In this document: piece by piece, positions 39,031 to 52,230 of the stretch
How positions within the stretch are numbered: position 1 is the stretch's first letter
Layout: every line of letters begins with the position of its first letter
Notes under the pieces: model-generated
Told to the model about the DNA's origin: nothing
What the model saw: the letters and a program-made list of their open reading frames with translations, nothing else
Database searches by the model: none
Made by a program: the position numbers and the translations under genes
From: Malacoraja senta
Lineage: Eukaryota
Direction: 5' to 3'
NCBI GenBank assembly: GCA_038087875.1
Contig: CM075990.1
Location: 13,578,001 to 13,642,000 of the forward strand
Length of the DNA stretch: 64,000 nt

Positions 39031-41709
39031 TAAAGTAGAATACTTTTATATTTTACCTTCTTCATCGTCATATCTACAAGTGCTACCATCTTTAGAATTT
39101 GTATGCAAAGTGGAAAAAACCCTAAAGTGAACAAGAGATGAGAGGAGCCTATATTTAAATGCTCTCTGACACTGATCAAATAGTATATACATAGTAATAT
39201 ACTTCAGAGCATTCCAGTGTTTACTAGAACAGAAGTGTGACCAGGCTGGATTAACAGACGTTGAATTGTTCTTGCGCGTTTACAAGTCAATGCTCTTTTC
39301 CTTGTCCTCATTTTAGCTCTCATGACAGAAATTGCATCTGCAAATGTTATGGAGCATGCAATTTAGTGCACATCTCTGAATAAAGATGGTTTTTAATTAA
39401 GTAATGAGCTGATTTTAATAAATCTCTTACCGAGAGTGCATCTAAGCCCAGGGTTAATACTCTATCCAACTGATGATTTATGTGTTGCTGATGTGCTTGT
39501 TCTGTCACATACGGAGTGCTGACCGCACTTAATCACTCAGGCTGTTTCATTTCGGCATTTTTCCTTTGTGTTGTTTTAGAATTATCGGTAATGCTCGAAA
39601 GGCCTTGTTCTTCCAGCACAGCTCTCCATGTATATCCATGTCAAATCCTGATCAATAATGCTAATTGGGAGGAGGTCTCACAGAGTTCCCTGGCCATATA
39701 AAATAATGAATGTCTCGGATGCATTAGCAGGTGGAGTTTTCCAGCAATTAAAGCTTATTGTTCTGTGTTGGCAAAACAGCTGGGTGACAGTGCCATTGTT
39801 GATTCTACTGACAAAGTTCCTGATTTTCATGTTAAAACCAGCATCATAGCAAAGTGCATAACTTAGCCACATATCCACCAAAGCTCCCATTGCACACTCC
39901 AACCCACTAACAACGTAACCACTGGAAACAATTACTCAGCCACAGTAAATCAGTGATTCTGCTCATTGGTTTTGAAAGTGCACAGTAAAAATATCCGATC
40001 ACTAATTCAGGGGAGGCTTAGTGGAGAAAGGAATGAGAAATGAAGTGGCTAAGCTGATCTGTGCATTGATATTTACAGTGCAACTTTTGACCTTTATGTC
40101 AGGAGATAGCGTGAAGTATATTTAGATAACGAATCTTCAGAAACAGAAAAGGCTGTTGTAAACATCCAAGGCGTGATATTACAGCCTGATGTGCTGCTGC
40201 TGGAACCAGTAACTTGCAAGGTGTGAAGTGTATGCCTTACCAATTTGTTAACAGTACATTGGATTCCCAATGGCGCAGAAGAGTGAAGAGTGGGTTACAT
40301 TATAGCCTTCTGGCCTCAACAATGACTTCAACAGCTTTAGACCATTATTACTGCTCCAGTGTTATTGGACAGCAGGTGCTGGTAAAGATTCTGCTGTATC
40401 CATTTACACCGTCCTTTTTTGTTCTTGAGCTTCCCACCAATCTTATTTTGGGCACAGACCATCATCCTTGTTGTTATTTAATTCCTCCAGTCTTTTACAT
40501 TATTTCTGACCCTCTACCGTCTTCTCCCACGACTCCCACTCACCCTCCATGTTCTAAATGTATCTGTTTTATGCTAATAATGACACAGAAGTGAGACCCA
40601 TGAGCCATGATGGTTTCAGGGGACCATCCCTTCAGTCGTATTCCCCCTCTGTTTATTTCCCTATACCTTTACAACGCCCCCTCTCTCTCTCTCTCTCTCT
40701 CTCACACATATCCATCAATTCCCCCATTTCTACTTTTTGCCTTCAACCTTTATGAAGGAGTAATCCACAGTTAACCCACTGGCACATTTTTTGGTACATG
40801 GGATTAAACCAGAGTATCAGGCATGATGACCAGTGTGGTCACAGGAAGAAGATGCATTCTTCATACAGACAGTAACCAAGGTCGGGATTGAATCCATGTC
40901 CCATGTTCTGATGGAAGATCATTGATTTGAAACATTAATTGTTTCTCTCTTTTTCCTGACTGCTGTTTATTTCCAGCATTTGCTCTTCTTAATGCATAAT
41001 TCCAGCATCTGGAATTTTTATTATTGTTTTGGTTCCATCTGTGAAGTGAACACGGAATAGCCTTGGCATTATGTCCAAAACAACACGAAAGGTATTATTT
41101 TTAAATCTCTCCATAATAAACCTCAAATCATATAAGGAAAGGAAAGTTAAGAGAGTAATTTGTACTTTTGTTTATCCCGTCAATTATCTTTCCCATTCTA
41201 GGCAGCACCACACCTTTCCGAAAGCTTTTACTGTTGTTGACACGACTATGTAGTGTACTTTTTACATCAACTCTGCTTGTGACTATCCGTGGGATTTGTT
41301 GGAACAATAGTTCTTCAGTTACATTATATTACTGTTGGTGTTAAATATTAAGGTGGTTACAAAGCAAGCTTTGCCTTGGAGGTTAATTGTTCATTCTGGC
41401 AGTTTTTTGGCTGCGTTTTCCTTCCTTCCCATTTAATCCCAAATGTATATTAGACTCTTGATTCCCAACGCAGTTGAGAGCAAATGGCACAAGCCTCTCT
41501 TAACTTAAGGTGAGAGGAAGGAGACTGGGACATGGTCTGCAGAGTGTGTGCTTAATCCACTCAGTGCAGCTGCGTGCTTGCTAATGGTGGAGTGTGTTGA
41601 AGGTCACGAGGAACCTGAAAGCTATGTTGTGCTGTTGGAGGTTTTCCGTGGACCAGTTTCTGGTGAGACTCCAAACTGAGAAGACATCTGTTCTGGTACA
41701 GTAACGTAA

Positions 41710-42120
41710 AGGAAGACTTGTACTTGTGCCTTTCAAGTCTCTTTCTCAACGTACCAAAGTGCTGTGCAACGAACAATGTACTTTTATAGTAATCCTGGAA
41801 ATGCAGCAGCTAATATTTGCATAGTAAGCTCCCATGAATGGCATTGCAATAATTTGTTTTAATAATGAATGGATAAATATTATCAAGAGAATTGAGGAGA
41901 ACTCCCCTGTTCTTTTTCAAGATAGTGCCTTGCAAATGTTTACATCTATCTGGAAGCAGCTGGGACCCTGGTTAAATGTCTCATCTGAATGGTGCCTCTG
42001 ACAGTCTAGTCTCCCTCGGTACGGTAATTAAGCACCGGCATAAGGTTTTGAGCATGTTTTAGAGTGGGCATTGGAGCCACAACTTTCAGACCCAGAGATA
42101 AGAATGCTCCCCACTAGCCT
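41710..42120 (-). mobile_element. Old Deu-domain SINE
   Basis: Reverse complement of the 13940/24900 family (aaagacttgtacttg...gaggagaactcccctgttctttttcaagatagtgcc...gttaaatgtctcatctga). Confidence 0.6.
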
Positions 42121-42519
42121 GTGCTTACCTCTTATCACATTCCTTTCTCTGTTTCTAGATCCCATAGACCCTAGACTCTGCCATTAATGTGACATGTTCC
42201 CATGGTTGCAAAATGACCATTGCCCTTTGCCCAATTGGCCATTATTTCTGTGTTGGACTTGAGATTACATGTCAATAAGATAGTTTAACAGCAGTGTATG
42301 TTTTGTGTCACTTGCTGGAAAGATATGTTCATAATTGAATGTTACTGCATTTAAAAAGGATGTTGTGTTTATAGCTTTGTTAATTTGGTTATGCAGCAAA
42401 GCATATTAGGTTTGTTCCCTTGTATTGAGTTCCTAATTAAAAAAAAACATATCTTCCTGTTCGGAGATGCCAAGTACACAAATTGGAGTCCTGGCTTCCA
42501 TCTTGGTCTGCAGTGGACA

Positions 42520-42780
42520 GTTGGGAATTAAAGGACACTCATTTAGGAAAGAGATGAGGAGGAATTTCTTTCGTCAGAGGGTGGTGAATCTGTGGAGGCC
42601 ATCAATGGATATTTTTAAGACAGAGATAGATAGGTTCTTGATTCGTACGGGTGTCGGGGGTTATGGGGAGAAGGCAGGAGAATGGGGTTAGGAGGGAGAG
42701 ATAGATCAGCCATGATTGAATGGCGGAGTAGACTTGATGGGCCGAATAGCCTAATTCTGTCCTATCACTTCTGACCTTAT
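42520..42780 (+). mobile_element. CR1 3' end
   Basis: IKGHSFRKEMRRNFFRQRVVNLW...GYGEKAGEWG followed by the gggccgaatagcct 3' UTR. Confidence 0.85.
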
Positions 42781-43272
42781 GAATGGCAGGAGGGAATGTG
42801 TAATCGGCCTTTGATTCCGTAGGTTAGGGAAGAAATAATTGCACAATGAAACTCACAGACACCACAGGCAGGAATAGGAACAGGGTGATAAAAACAAGTG
42901 AGGAATCGCCAATACCACGGCTGCTCCTCCTCTGCCTGGTGACCATACAGGATCACATTGAGCAAAGGTCGTGCTTGTAGTCAGGGGTGGAATGCTGGCA
43001 AATCATTTATTCCCTTACCTATGGAATCAAAGGCAAATTACACACCTTCCCACTACCTCCGACTGTATTATTGTTGAGCATATGCAGGCCAAGACTCTGA
43101 CTGATCTACTTGGTACCTTTTTATAATTGCATGTGATTTTTTTAATTTACTAAGGACAGACCTGTGATCTCCCTCACTTTGGGTTATAGTCAGATGTGCC
43201 TTCAGAATAGAACCAATCCATAGCAGGCAGCGACATCAGTGAGGTTAAAATGTCTTTCTTTTCTTTTTACAG

Positions 43273-43385
43273 TATCATGGGAAAGGGCCAGAATCCCAGG
43301 AGTTCTGCAGCGTCTTGGGTTCACGTATTTTGTCATTGCCGTGATGGAGACCTGTTGTGCAAAAAAGGATCTGAAACAATACGCG
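43273..43385 (+). CDS. HGSNAT: HGSNAT-family coding exon (equivalent to human exon 11), 113 bp
   Basis: tttttacAG acceptor and GTgaga donor. Encodes [38 protein letters not shown], containing the family motif [10 protein letters not shown]. Confidence 0.95.
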
Positions 43386-44542
43386 GTGAGAAATTCCTTC
43401 TGGTGATCTGCTATACTCACTCGTATGGGAGATTGCATTTGCGGAAATTATTGCATTCCCTCAGGAGGCAAATGGTCTGTTATATCTCAGAGGCCTTTAA
43501 GGTAACACCTACACTGCCTCAGAACTTGGCCACATAATATAGTGTCTTGCTTGTGTGCAAAGTTGCATATTGTCATACTGCTGCATGAACATAGATAATT
43601 AGGGGTTAGGGGTTCATGGAAGAAGATAATTATCTTCTTCCATGAATAAAGAGGCACAAATATTGGTTGTATTTCTCCATCAGCCATGATCATATCAAAT
43701 GACGGTGCAGGCTCGAAGGGCCGAATGGCCTACTCCTGCACCTATTTTCTATGTTTCTATGTTTCTATCATTTCTTTACTTCCCAATATAATTTCTCTCA
43801 TCTCAGCCTGTAAGTGACTCACATTAACTTCTGCTATTCTTTTCCCTTTTACATATTTATTGAAGATCTTGCAATCTGTTTTAATGTTTCTCAGTTGGCT
43901 ATCCTTGTAATCTATTTCATCTTTCTGTTTAAGGAAATGCATGTTCATTTTCAGAGTCATATAGCACAGACTCAGGCCCTTTGGCCAACTCATCCATGCC
44001 AGACAAGATGTCGATCTTAACTAGTCCCATTTGACCCATATACTTCTAAATCTTTCCCATCCATACACCTGTCCAAGTGTATTTTAAATGTTGCTATTGG
44101 ACCTGCCTCAGCAGCTTCCTGTAGCAGCATACAGGAGGTGCCACTGTGTGAAAAAGTTGCCCCTCCTAATAACACTTTCCAGTTTCTCCTTATCCCTTTT
44201 TCCTGACCTAGTGTGTGACATCTTTATTATTTCTGGAGTGTCCTCTCACAAAACAGCCTGGAAGAAAGTCATTTGACTGAACTTAAAATCCTTGTTCACA
44301 TATTAGATTCCTCAATAGTCTTGAAAATCATCTCTGCAACTTCCTCTGTTTTAATATCCTCTTTGTGTCCTGTTGGCATCCAACATCTTTGAATTAGTAT
44401 CAACTTTAATTTACCGATAGCCAATGCAGGACTCCAGCATCAATCCATGATCCCTTTTAATTTGAACTTGTTCATTTGTGTATTTAATTGTAGCACTTTG
44501 TCCTTCTCATGCATCTTGTGTGTGATATGATTACATCCTTAG

Positions 44543-44664
44543 GACCGTATTTGGAGCCCGGTTCGGGAAATTCTCATCTACTGGCCTGAGTGGATATTTA
44601 TCACCATACTGGAAATATTATGGCTGTGTCTTACCTTCCTCCTTCCAGTCCCAGGATGTCCCAC
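44543..44664 (+). CDS. HGSNAT: HGSNAT-family coding exon (equivalent to human exon 12), 122 bp
   Basis: ccttAG acceptor and GTaagt donor. Encodes DRIWSPVREILIYWPEWIFITILEILWLCLTFLLPVPGCPT (human ...WPQW...LEGLWLGLTFLLPVPGCPT). Confidence 0.95.
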
Positions 44665-46157
44665 GTAAGTTCAATCTGTGCTGGGACAAACAGCTTTGAG
44701 GATTTCAAATACCCGTGGTATATGTTGTTTATCAAGAAGATGTCCCAGAAAAAAGGGGACAATTGCCTGTTACCAGAGCAACCACACACTCACCAAGAGT
44801 TCTTGGGCCTGCTGTTCATGTTTTGCCATTTGTTAATTTTAGTAACGCGGTGACTGAGCTCGGAGTCTACGGTGCAGACAGTGGTGGTGACAGCAACAGA
44901 AACCATTTAGGGTAGCAATGCCTTCTGCTGCTGCTCACAGTGCTACTCATGTTGATAGATGCCTTTAGTGGGAAACAATGGCACCTATCCAATCACAGGC
45001 ATGACCAACATAGCAGTGTAAAATATGTGATATTTCAGGGAATAAATATTTGCACACTAGGTAGGACAACAGATTCTTACGATTTTGTTGGAAATGACTC
45101 TTGAAAATTCAGTTCCACCTTGTTACACCCATACTTTATAACCGGTGATTGAATGAGCACACATACATAAGACACCTTTTAGGTTATCAAGGTTGAAACA
45201 CAACATCATAAGAATGGCAACAGATCCTCAGTGTTAACAGAGGTGCCAGCCTTAATCAAGTGTTGAAGAAGCAGGTTTAAGTGTACATAGTCCTGATTTC
45301 AAGACACTAATGCCACCATTGGGCCCAGATGACAGTCACCTTTGTAACTTCCTGTGAATTCAAAGCTTTGGTACACATCTCTGTATTGCTTGCTCGCCTG
45401 CATCTTCCTGTGTAAACTGTTAATTCAGAATATCGAATGTTAGTTCATTCGGACTTCGCTCTCGGATGTGACTGATCTCAGAGGAGAGGTTTTGAACATA
45501 TTTTTTAAAGTAGGGAGGAGAGAAATGCCGAAGTGAAGGATGTGAGGGAGGAACCGTTAAGTGGAAGCAGCTGAAGATAGGGTGCAGGGAAGCACACTAG
45601 AGGCCAGAGGTTGATAGGATGTGGAGGGAACATTAAGATGGAAGTTGCAAAGATTGTTTCCAATCTGAGAAGGGAACGAGAATGTTAAATTCAATCAGAT
45701 GACTGTCTCCCAGGCTCTCTCAGAATCGGAGAGGACACTTCAGACGTATTGAAGTTGTCACACAAGAGGCCTGGAATATGTCTTTGCATCTCCTGAATAA
45801 TAGGAACCAGTCACGGTTAATGAAGCAACTCGTCAAACGGATGCTGCCTTGTGTGATTTATACTGCCCCACGAGCCAGTTTTTAAAAAAAAGTCTGTCTC
45901 AGCACCTCTTCTGTATCATTTCTGTTCACGTGCTGGGAATTTTGGATGATCAGGTCTCGCGGGCTCCAGTCAGCTGCGATGGGAACTGTTTACTTGATTG
46001 GCTGTTCCTTTTGATTAATGGCCCATATTACAGACCTTGCTAGGGGATATTAGATAATCATATTCTGTCACACACAAACGGGCGGGTGGAATGAGAGGGC
46101 ATCCATCTTCAGGCCTGCTTAGCCCAGAGGTGTGCCACATTTAATTTAGAACTTGTG

Positions 46158-46287
46158 NNNNNNNNNNNNNNNNNNNNNNNNNNNNNNNNNNNNNNNNNNN
46201 NNNNNNNNNNNNNNNNNNNNNNNNNNNNNNNNNNNNNNNNNNNNNNNNNNNNNNNNNNNNNNNNNNNNNNNNNNNNNNNNNNNNNNN
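46158..46287. other. Assembly gap (130 N)
   Basis: Run of N inside the intron between the exons at 44543 and 48677. Exon phases either side are compatible, so no coding exon needs to be hidden in it. Confidence 0.99.
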
Positions 46288-47324
46288 CTAAAGAATACAT
46301 TTGCAAAGAAGGTGAATCATATAGGTGAATTTAACAATAATTTCTAACCTCTCTGTACAAATGAATACTTTGTCATGTCATTGCCAGAAAGTTTTCCACA
46401 TTTTTGTATTTTTAACCCGAGAAGATGCTGTATTCTCTGTATCTATGTTGAGTATATATTCTGATCCTATTGGGCAGCAGAGTCACAGGTTGTGCTTACT
46501 TCTCAAACAATATAATGGGCACACAAACTTTCAATTCTGTACCAAGAACTTAAAGACTCAACATGTATATATCTTCTGGCTTATGAATTGAAGTCTTCAT
46601 CTCATCAACCTGCTCATTTGGACAGGTTTGCTTTGCAGGTGTCAATGTTATCTTGCCTCTCTCTTTCCCATTCCACTGTAGCTGGTGTCCCAGTCACAGT
46701 GGGTATCTACACCTACAGAAGATGGACACTGCCTTGCGTTAGGAGTCTAAGATAGGCAAGAGCAAATTGGCAGTTAGTTTACTCTCCATCCTTGTGTCTT
46801 CCCTCATTTAAAATCTAAGAGCACGGAGAAAGCAAGAAGCAGTTTAAACTAAAACAAATGTGTTTGCATAATTCTTTATATTGTGCATAACAGAATCTCA
46901 TGTGTGGCTTGAGAATTTCATGAGAACCAGATAGCTACTGAACCCTCTAGACTGAAATATCTCTCACTTCATACAGGGAGCAGTTGTTACATTTAGAGGA
47001 ATGAACACATAATGTTACACAATCTGCATATGTTACACTGCATTTTGTGTAATGATTTGTTCATGTGCATGACATAGTCCCCAGGAAGCAGGCTCATAGG
47101 AAAAATGGAATTAGAGAGCTAGACAAAAATTGCACCATGTGGAAATTAAATCAGATGAAAATACTTTGCATTCTTGATATTTGTTTACCACAATTTTATT
47201 TTATAATTATCAGTCCATTCTCTCCACAGATGCTGATCTATTGAGTTCCTCCAGTGCATTATCTTTTATCTATTTTATAACTGTTGTCAGAATAAAGTAA
47301 TTCCCCCGAAAAATGAAGCAATAG

Positions 47325-47845
47325 GGAACTGCAGATGCTGAATTTGCGTGTGGAATACAAAATGCTGGAGTAACTCAGTGGGTCAGGCAGCATCTCTAGA
47401 GAACATGGATAGGTGACATTTCGGGTTAGCACCCTACTTCATGGTTCCTTCGAAACACTGATGCTGTGCTTTGAAATCCCAAATTTATTTATTTGAGGGT
47501 AGACACAAAATGCTGGAGTAACTCCGCAGGGCAGGCAGCATCTCTGGAGAGAAGGAATGGGTGACGTTTCAGGTCACGACCCTTCTTCAGACTGATTGTG
47601 GTGGTAGGGGAGAAAGCTGGAAGAGAGGAGGGGCAGCCTATTAAAAAACTCTCACCTGTATCCACCTATTACTCATCAGGCTTTGACCTCCCCCTCCTCC
47701 CCTGTCTCCCTCACTCCACACAAAGAAGGGTCGCAACCTGAAACATTACCTATCCATGTTCTCCAGAGATACTGGCTGACTTGTTGAATTACTCCAGCAC
47801 TATGTGTCTTATTTTGTAAACCAACATCTAGAGTTGTTTGTTTCT
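47325..47845. mobile_element. Cluster of Penelope-derived arms, including a fold-back with a spacer
   Basis: Arms at about 47325-47440, 47499-47595 and an inverted arm at about 47720-47845. Confidence 0.7.
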
Positions 47846-48676
47846 ACTTTGTTTTATCCCGATCCGTTACAGAAGCATTCATAATGTTTTTCAGTTATTT
47901 CGCTTGTACAGTATAAATCTGGGTATATAATTCCATGTTACTGTATGTAGTATTTGTCTTAATCCCAAGTCTAGTGTCAATTTCTTAAAAGATAATCCAC
48001 CTGCACTATTAGACTCCCATGAAAAGAAATAGTTACAGCATGTCAGTTGTATAAGAGTACTTTCTTATGGGTTGCATGCAGTAGGAAAATTATTCCCAGA
48101 CAGAGTGGAGACAGCTAGGTAATTCCACTAAAGTAAAACCCAGCAAATGCACTGTTAGTGACAACAATGGTTATTGCTCGTGCAATTTGAATGTGCTGAA
48201 CTTCCTCTCTCTATTTTGTTTACTGGAGAAATATTGCCCTGGTTATCTGGCAAAAGTATTCTACTTTTGCTAAGTCATTATCAATTCTCTCTTTAGTTCT
48301 ACTTCCTCCACTCATTAAACAGACTATTTTCTGAGCAAATTGACTTTGTTCCCAGTCCAATAGATTGTTTTCCTTTAATCCAGCTCCATGCATCATAACA
48401 CATCCAGCTCATGTCTAATACAGAGTTGGTAATACATAATCTGTGAGAAGTTGGACTCGAATTTATTAAAGTAAACATCGGTGAAGTTGTAAGATTTTGG
48501 ATAAAGCATGAGTGGCCTAACTTCCAATTGTGTTTGTAACTGGATGACATATCTCCGTTGTCCACTGTATTTGGATAGATTAAAGATATTAAAAGTGGAC
48601 TGCTTCTGATCACTCCATATTAGAAGAGGCATTCTTTGCTCAACCCTGCCTTATGTCACTGTAATTAACTTCACAG

Positions 48677-48803
48677 AGGTTACCTTGGAGCTGGAGGAAT
48701 AGGAGATGATGGAAAGTTCTCAAATTGTACTGGAGGGGCAGCGGGCTATATTGACAAATGGCTTCTGGGGACAAATCACATCTACAACTGGCCCACGTGC
48801 AAG
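48677..48803 (+). CDS. HGSNAT: HGSNAT-family coding exon (equivalent to human exon 13), 127 bp
   Basis: tcacAG acceptor and GTaatg donor. Encodes [42 protein letters not shown] (human [31 protein letters not shown]). Confidence 0.96.
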
Positions 48804-49233
48804 GTAATGTCTCCTTGGTAGTCGTAGACTGCATTGCAATGAATTAAACTGAGATCCTTGTCTGGAAAGTGCAGGAAACTATGCAGGTCTGGTAGGGAGG
48901 AGAAGATGGGGCTTGGGTCATTGACAGTCAATGACCTTTCCTTTTGAAGTGGAGAATCTTACATATGTGACATGTTTTCTGCAAGTAAGGAGGCTGAGAG
49001 AAGAAGGAGAACAGAAAAGAAGAAAGAATGAGGTTTATGATTGGATGAAGGACAGGATCATTCCCAGCACCCATTGACTACAAACATTAGAATTTGATAC
49101 CAAATCCAATGCGATTTGATGTGTTTCATTAAATAAAAGAGCTGCTTTCCCTCTGTTCAACTTCATTCACTGTCAAATTTTAATCTTGCGCACATGGATT
49201 AGAAGCAAGGCAAGTTTGTTAAGTTTGAAGAAA

Positions 49234-49455
49234 GGAAAACAAAATGCTGGTGTGACTCAGCAGATCAGTCAGCATCTCTGAAGAACATGTACAGGTGACA
49301 TTTTGGGTCGGGATTGAAGAGGCTGAGTCTGAAAAAGGGTTCTGAACCGAAACTTGCCTATCCATGTTCTCCAAAGATGCTGCCTGACCCGCTGAGATAC
49401 TCCAGCATTTTGAGTCTTTATTTTGGTTAACCTGCATCTGCAGTTTCTTGTTTCT
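49234..49455. mobile_element. Older fold-back Penelope-derived insertion
   Basis: Inverted arms around ctgaaaaagggttctgaaccgaaac, with the tail on the right arm. Confidence 0.7.
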
Positions 49456-49631
49456 TCAAATTTTTTTAATGGAGTTTACCAAGAATGCATGTACCTCAAA
49501 TCAAGAAAGAAACGGCAAATAAAAACAAAAATTGCATTTCATGTGGAGAAAGAAACTATAGTTAAATTTCAGGCAGATTAAGTCCCATAGGGTCTATGAT
49601 GAGTGGTAAATTGAATCCAAATTAGCTTGCT

Positions 49632-49820
49632 CATAAAAGACAAAGAGTAGTGGTAGAGTCTTTCTCTGACTGGAGGTATGTGACCAGTGGTATTACACAA
49701 GGATCATTGCTGGGACCTATGTTGTTTGTAATATATATTAATGATTTGGATAATAATGTCAGTGATTTGATAAGTAAGTTTGCAGATGACACAAACATTG
49801 GTGGAGTTGTGGATAGTAAG
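49632..49820 (+). mobile_element. CR1 reverse-transcriptase core fragment
   Basis: SDWRYVTSGITQGSLLGPMLFVIYINDL...ISKFADDT. Confidence 0.88.
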
Positions 49821-49910
49821 GACCATGAGACCATGGAACTCATCACAGAGTCAGTGTATGCATTTTTGAACAGTATGAGTTATCTCACCTATATTTATCT
49901 TCTATTTTAG

Positions 49911-49997
49911 GTACTGTATCACACTACTGAGGCTTTCGATCCGGAAGGAATCCTGGGAACAATCAATTCCGTTCTAATGGCTTTTATTGGATTGCAG
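49911..49997 (+). CDS. HGSNAT: HGSNAT-family coding exon (equivalent to human exon 14), 87 bp
   Basis: attttAG acceptor and GTaaga donor. Encodes [29 protein letters not shown] (human [29 protein letters not shown]). Confidence 0.96.
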
Positions 49998-52230
49998 GTA
50001 AGAATGATGAGCAAACTTCACCTACATCAATACTTGTTTCAGGTTTAAATTGATATTCCCTAATTCAAAAGTCCTAGTTTCTGAATTTCATTTCCGATTA
50101 TTTTCGTAAAACATCCTTCTATCATGAAATTAATTAAATAACAGTGCTATAATGGAAATGAAAAGCAAATGGAAATTTCTCGAAAAGACGTGGTGGATCA
50201 TTCATACAAATTCTCTATCGAAGTTCGCTGGAAGAATACAGTTATAAGTGTGTTTTGTGCAGTAACTTGGTTCCCCAATTTTGTTTCTTATGGCTATGTT
50301 TACAGCAGCAGCCACTTCCTTCACAGAGGGTACCAAAATTGACCACAACTTGATATGGATGATTTCTGAGGTCATATTAAAGACATGGTAGCCACAAGTG
50401 GGGAATGGGATTGCAATTGAGGCCAGGCAGAATTAGTGAGTCCACAAGCTTGAAGTGAGACTGGGGAAATTGTATGACTGCAAGAGAATACAGAGATAAA
50501 ATGGCACATTAGTTTAATATAATTTGAAAACCGGATGAGTGTTTGAGGTATCGGAAGACCGTGGTCAAAGTAGGTCATGGAAGTGGTAACTGGTGTTCAA
50601 GACATGAAATAGGTTAGGTGATACCTACTTTCAAGTACATTGGAAAACAAAGACCGACAGGTCAGTAGGTCAGAGCTCTAAGTAAAGAACATCTCTATTG
50701 GAATAAATTCTTGGAATCATGCACAGATGAGTCAAAAAGAGATATTCAAGATACAAATTGAGCGATGCAATGAAAGGACATGGGCATGCAGGTTTCACAT
50801 GGAGATTTTAAGCACAGGCAGTGTGAGCTTCGATGTGTCTAATGACCTGTACCTCGTGGGAAGGAGATCCAGTTTTTGAAATGGTGATAATCAATTGCAT
50901 ACGGTGCCGTGTGTTTCGTGCGCAGTGTTCCCTCGTGCTCTGTACATGATGAAATGTCTCCTGTGGAAGCTCCCACTCAGAAGAAAATAAATGAGGTGCT
51001 GCTCTTAATGCCTTTCAGCTGTTCCCCTCCCTCCTACAAAAAAAATAGAAATTTTCTTCTAATCTTCAACACGGAAAATGTGTCCAAGGTAGAGACTTGT
51101 ATGCATGTTGGTGTCTTTAATGTCCTCCTTTGTGCTTTTAAATATCTAATCAAAGTGCTCAGGATACAGTCAATGCTTGAATCTTTTTTGTTCAGGATAA
51201 TGTGAAGGGCTTGATGTCACAACAAAGCAGACACACAGACAGTTTGCACAGCCCTCTCCGACCTCGAGCTGCTTTTAAGATTACAATCTGTTGAATATCA
51301 TTGCCCTGTGATCACTCCAGGCTATCTATAATAATACATGTCCTGCAGAACATCAAGTAATTGAGCAAGGGACTGATGTCCTGCATCTTCTGTAACCATA
51401 TTGATGATGCTTCTACAGGAATGAACTGGAGTTGTTGCACATAGAATATCTTGACCTTTCTTGTTGGCCTGTCCATTTAAAATGTGCTTTTAATGTCGAG
51501 TAAATGAGAGCCGAGGCCCTCAGCTGTGGCACATCCCCCATTCAAGGCATCTGTGAAGACAGGCTTTGATGGATTCTGAAGACAACTTGCTGCACACTCC
51601 TTGAGTGGACAAGGTGTCAGAAACATGCACAACCAGTGAAAAACAGGAACGCCCGCTGAGCAGTTTCCTTTTACTAATTCAGTTCTCAGGATTGGAGTGT
51701 CACTGGGAAAGATGTTTATTGCCCATTCTTAATTGCTCTTGCGAAGGTGGTTGTGCACCACCATTTTGAATTGCTGCAGTTCCTCTGATGAAGGTTACGT
51801 TGTCGAGAATGGTGTTCCAGACTTAAGGCTCAATGATGATAGGGGACAAATGATTTCCAAAATCAGAATGGTGTGCAGCATTACGGGGAATCTGTAGTTG
51901 GCGGTGTTCACGTGCACTCGATTAGTATTATACATAGCTAGATTGGAAGATGCAGTTGGCGTATCCTAGGGAAGTAACTGGAGTGCATTGTAGATGATGC
52001 TCAGTTCTTGATCATCAAAAATACCCAATGACCTGGCCACTGCTGTCTGTAGCAATGAATTCCACAGATTCGCCACCCTCTGGCTAAAGAAATACTTCCT
52101 CATCTCTAGTCTAAAGATATGTCCTTTAATTCATACTTTACAATAAGAAAAGAAGATCTGGTTCATGTTCGTGGCACAAGTATGGCACAATGTGTTCGGT
52201 TCAGGCTGTCTCTGGAAAAAAAAAGTGTAA

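Noticed and set aside
45960-46100. CCAAT (attgg) and GC-box-like motifs just before the gap
   Set aside because: Short motifs, no CpG island and no associated ORF; insufficient to call a promoter.
51690-52000. Old repeat shared with about 10575-10810
   Set aside because: Probably a degenerate LINE 3' region on the minus strand, but too decayed to classify or bound reliably.
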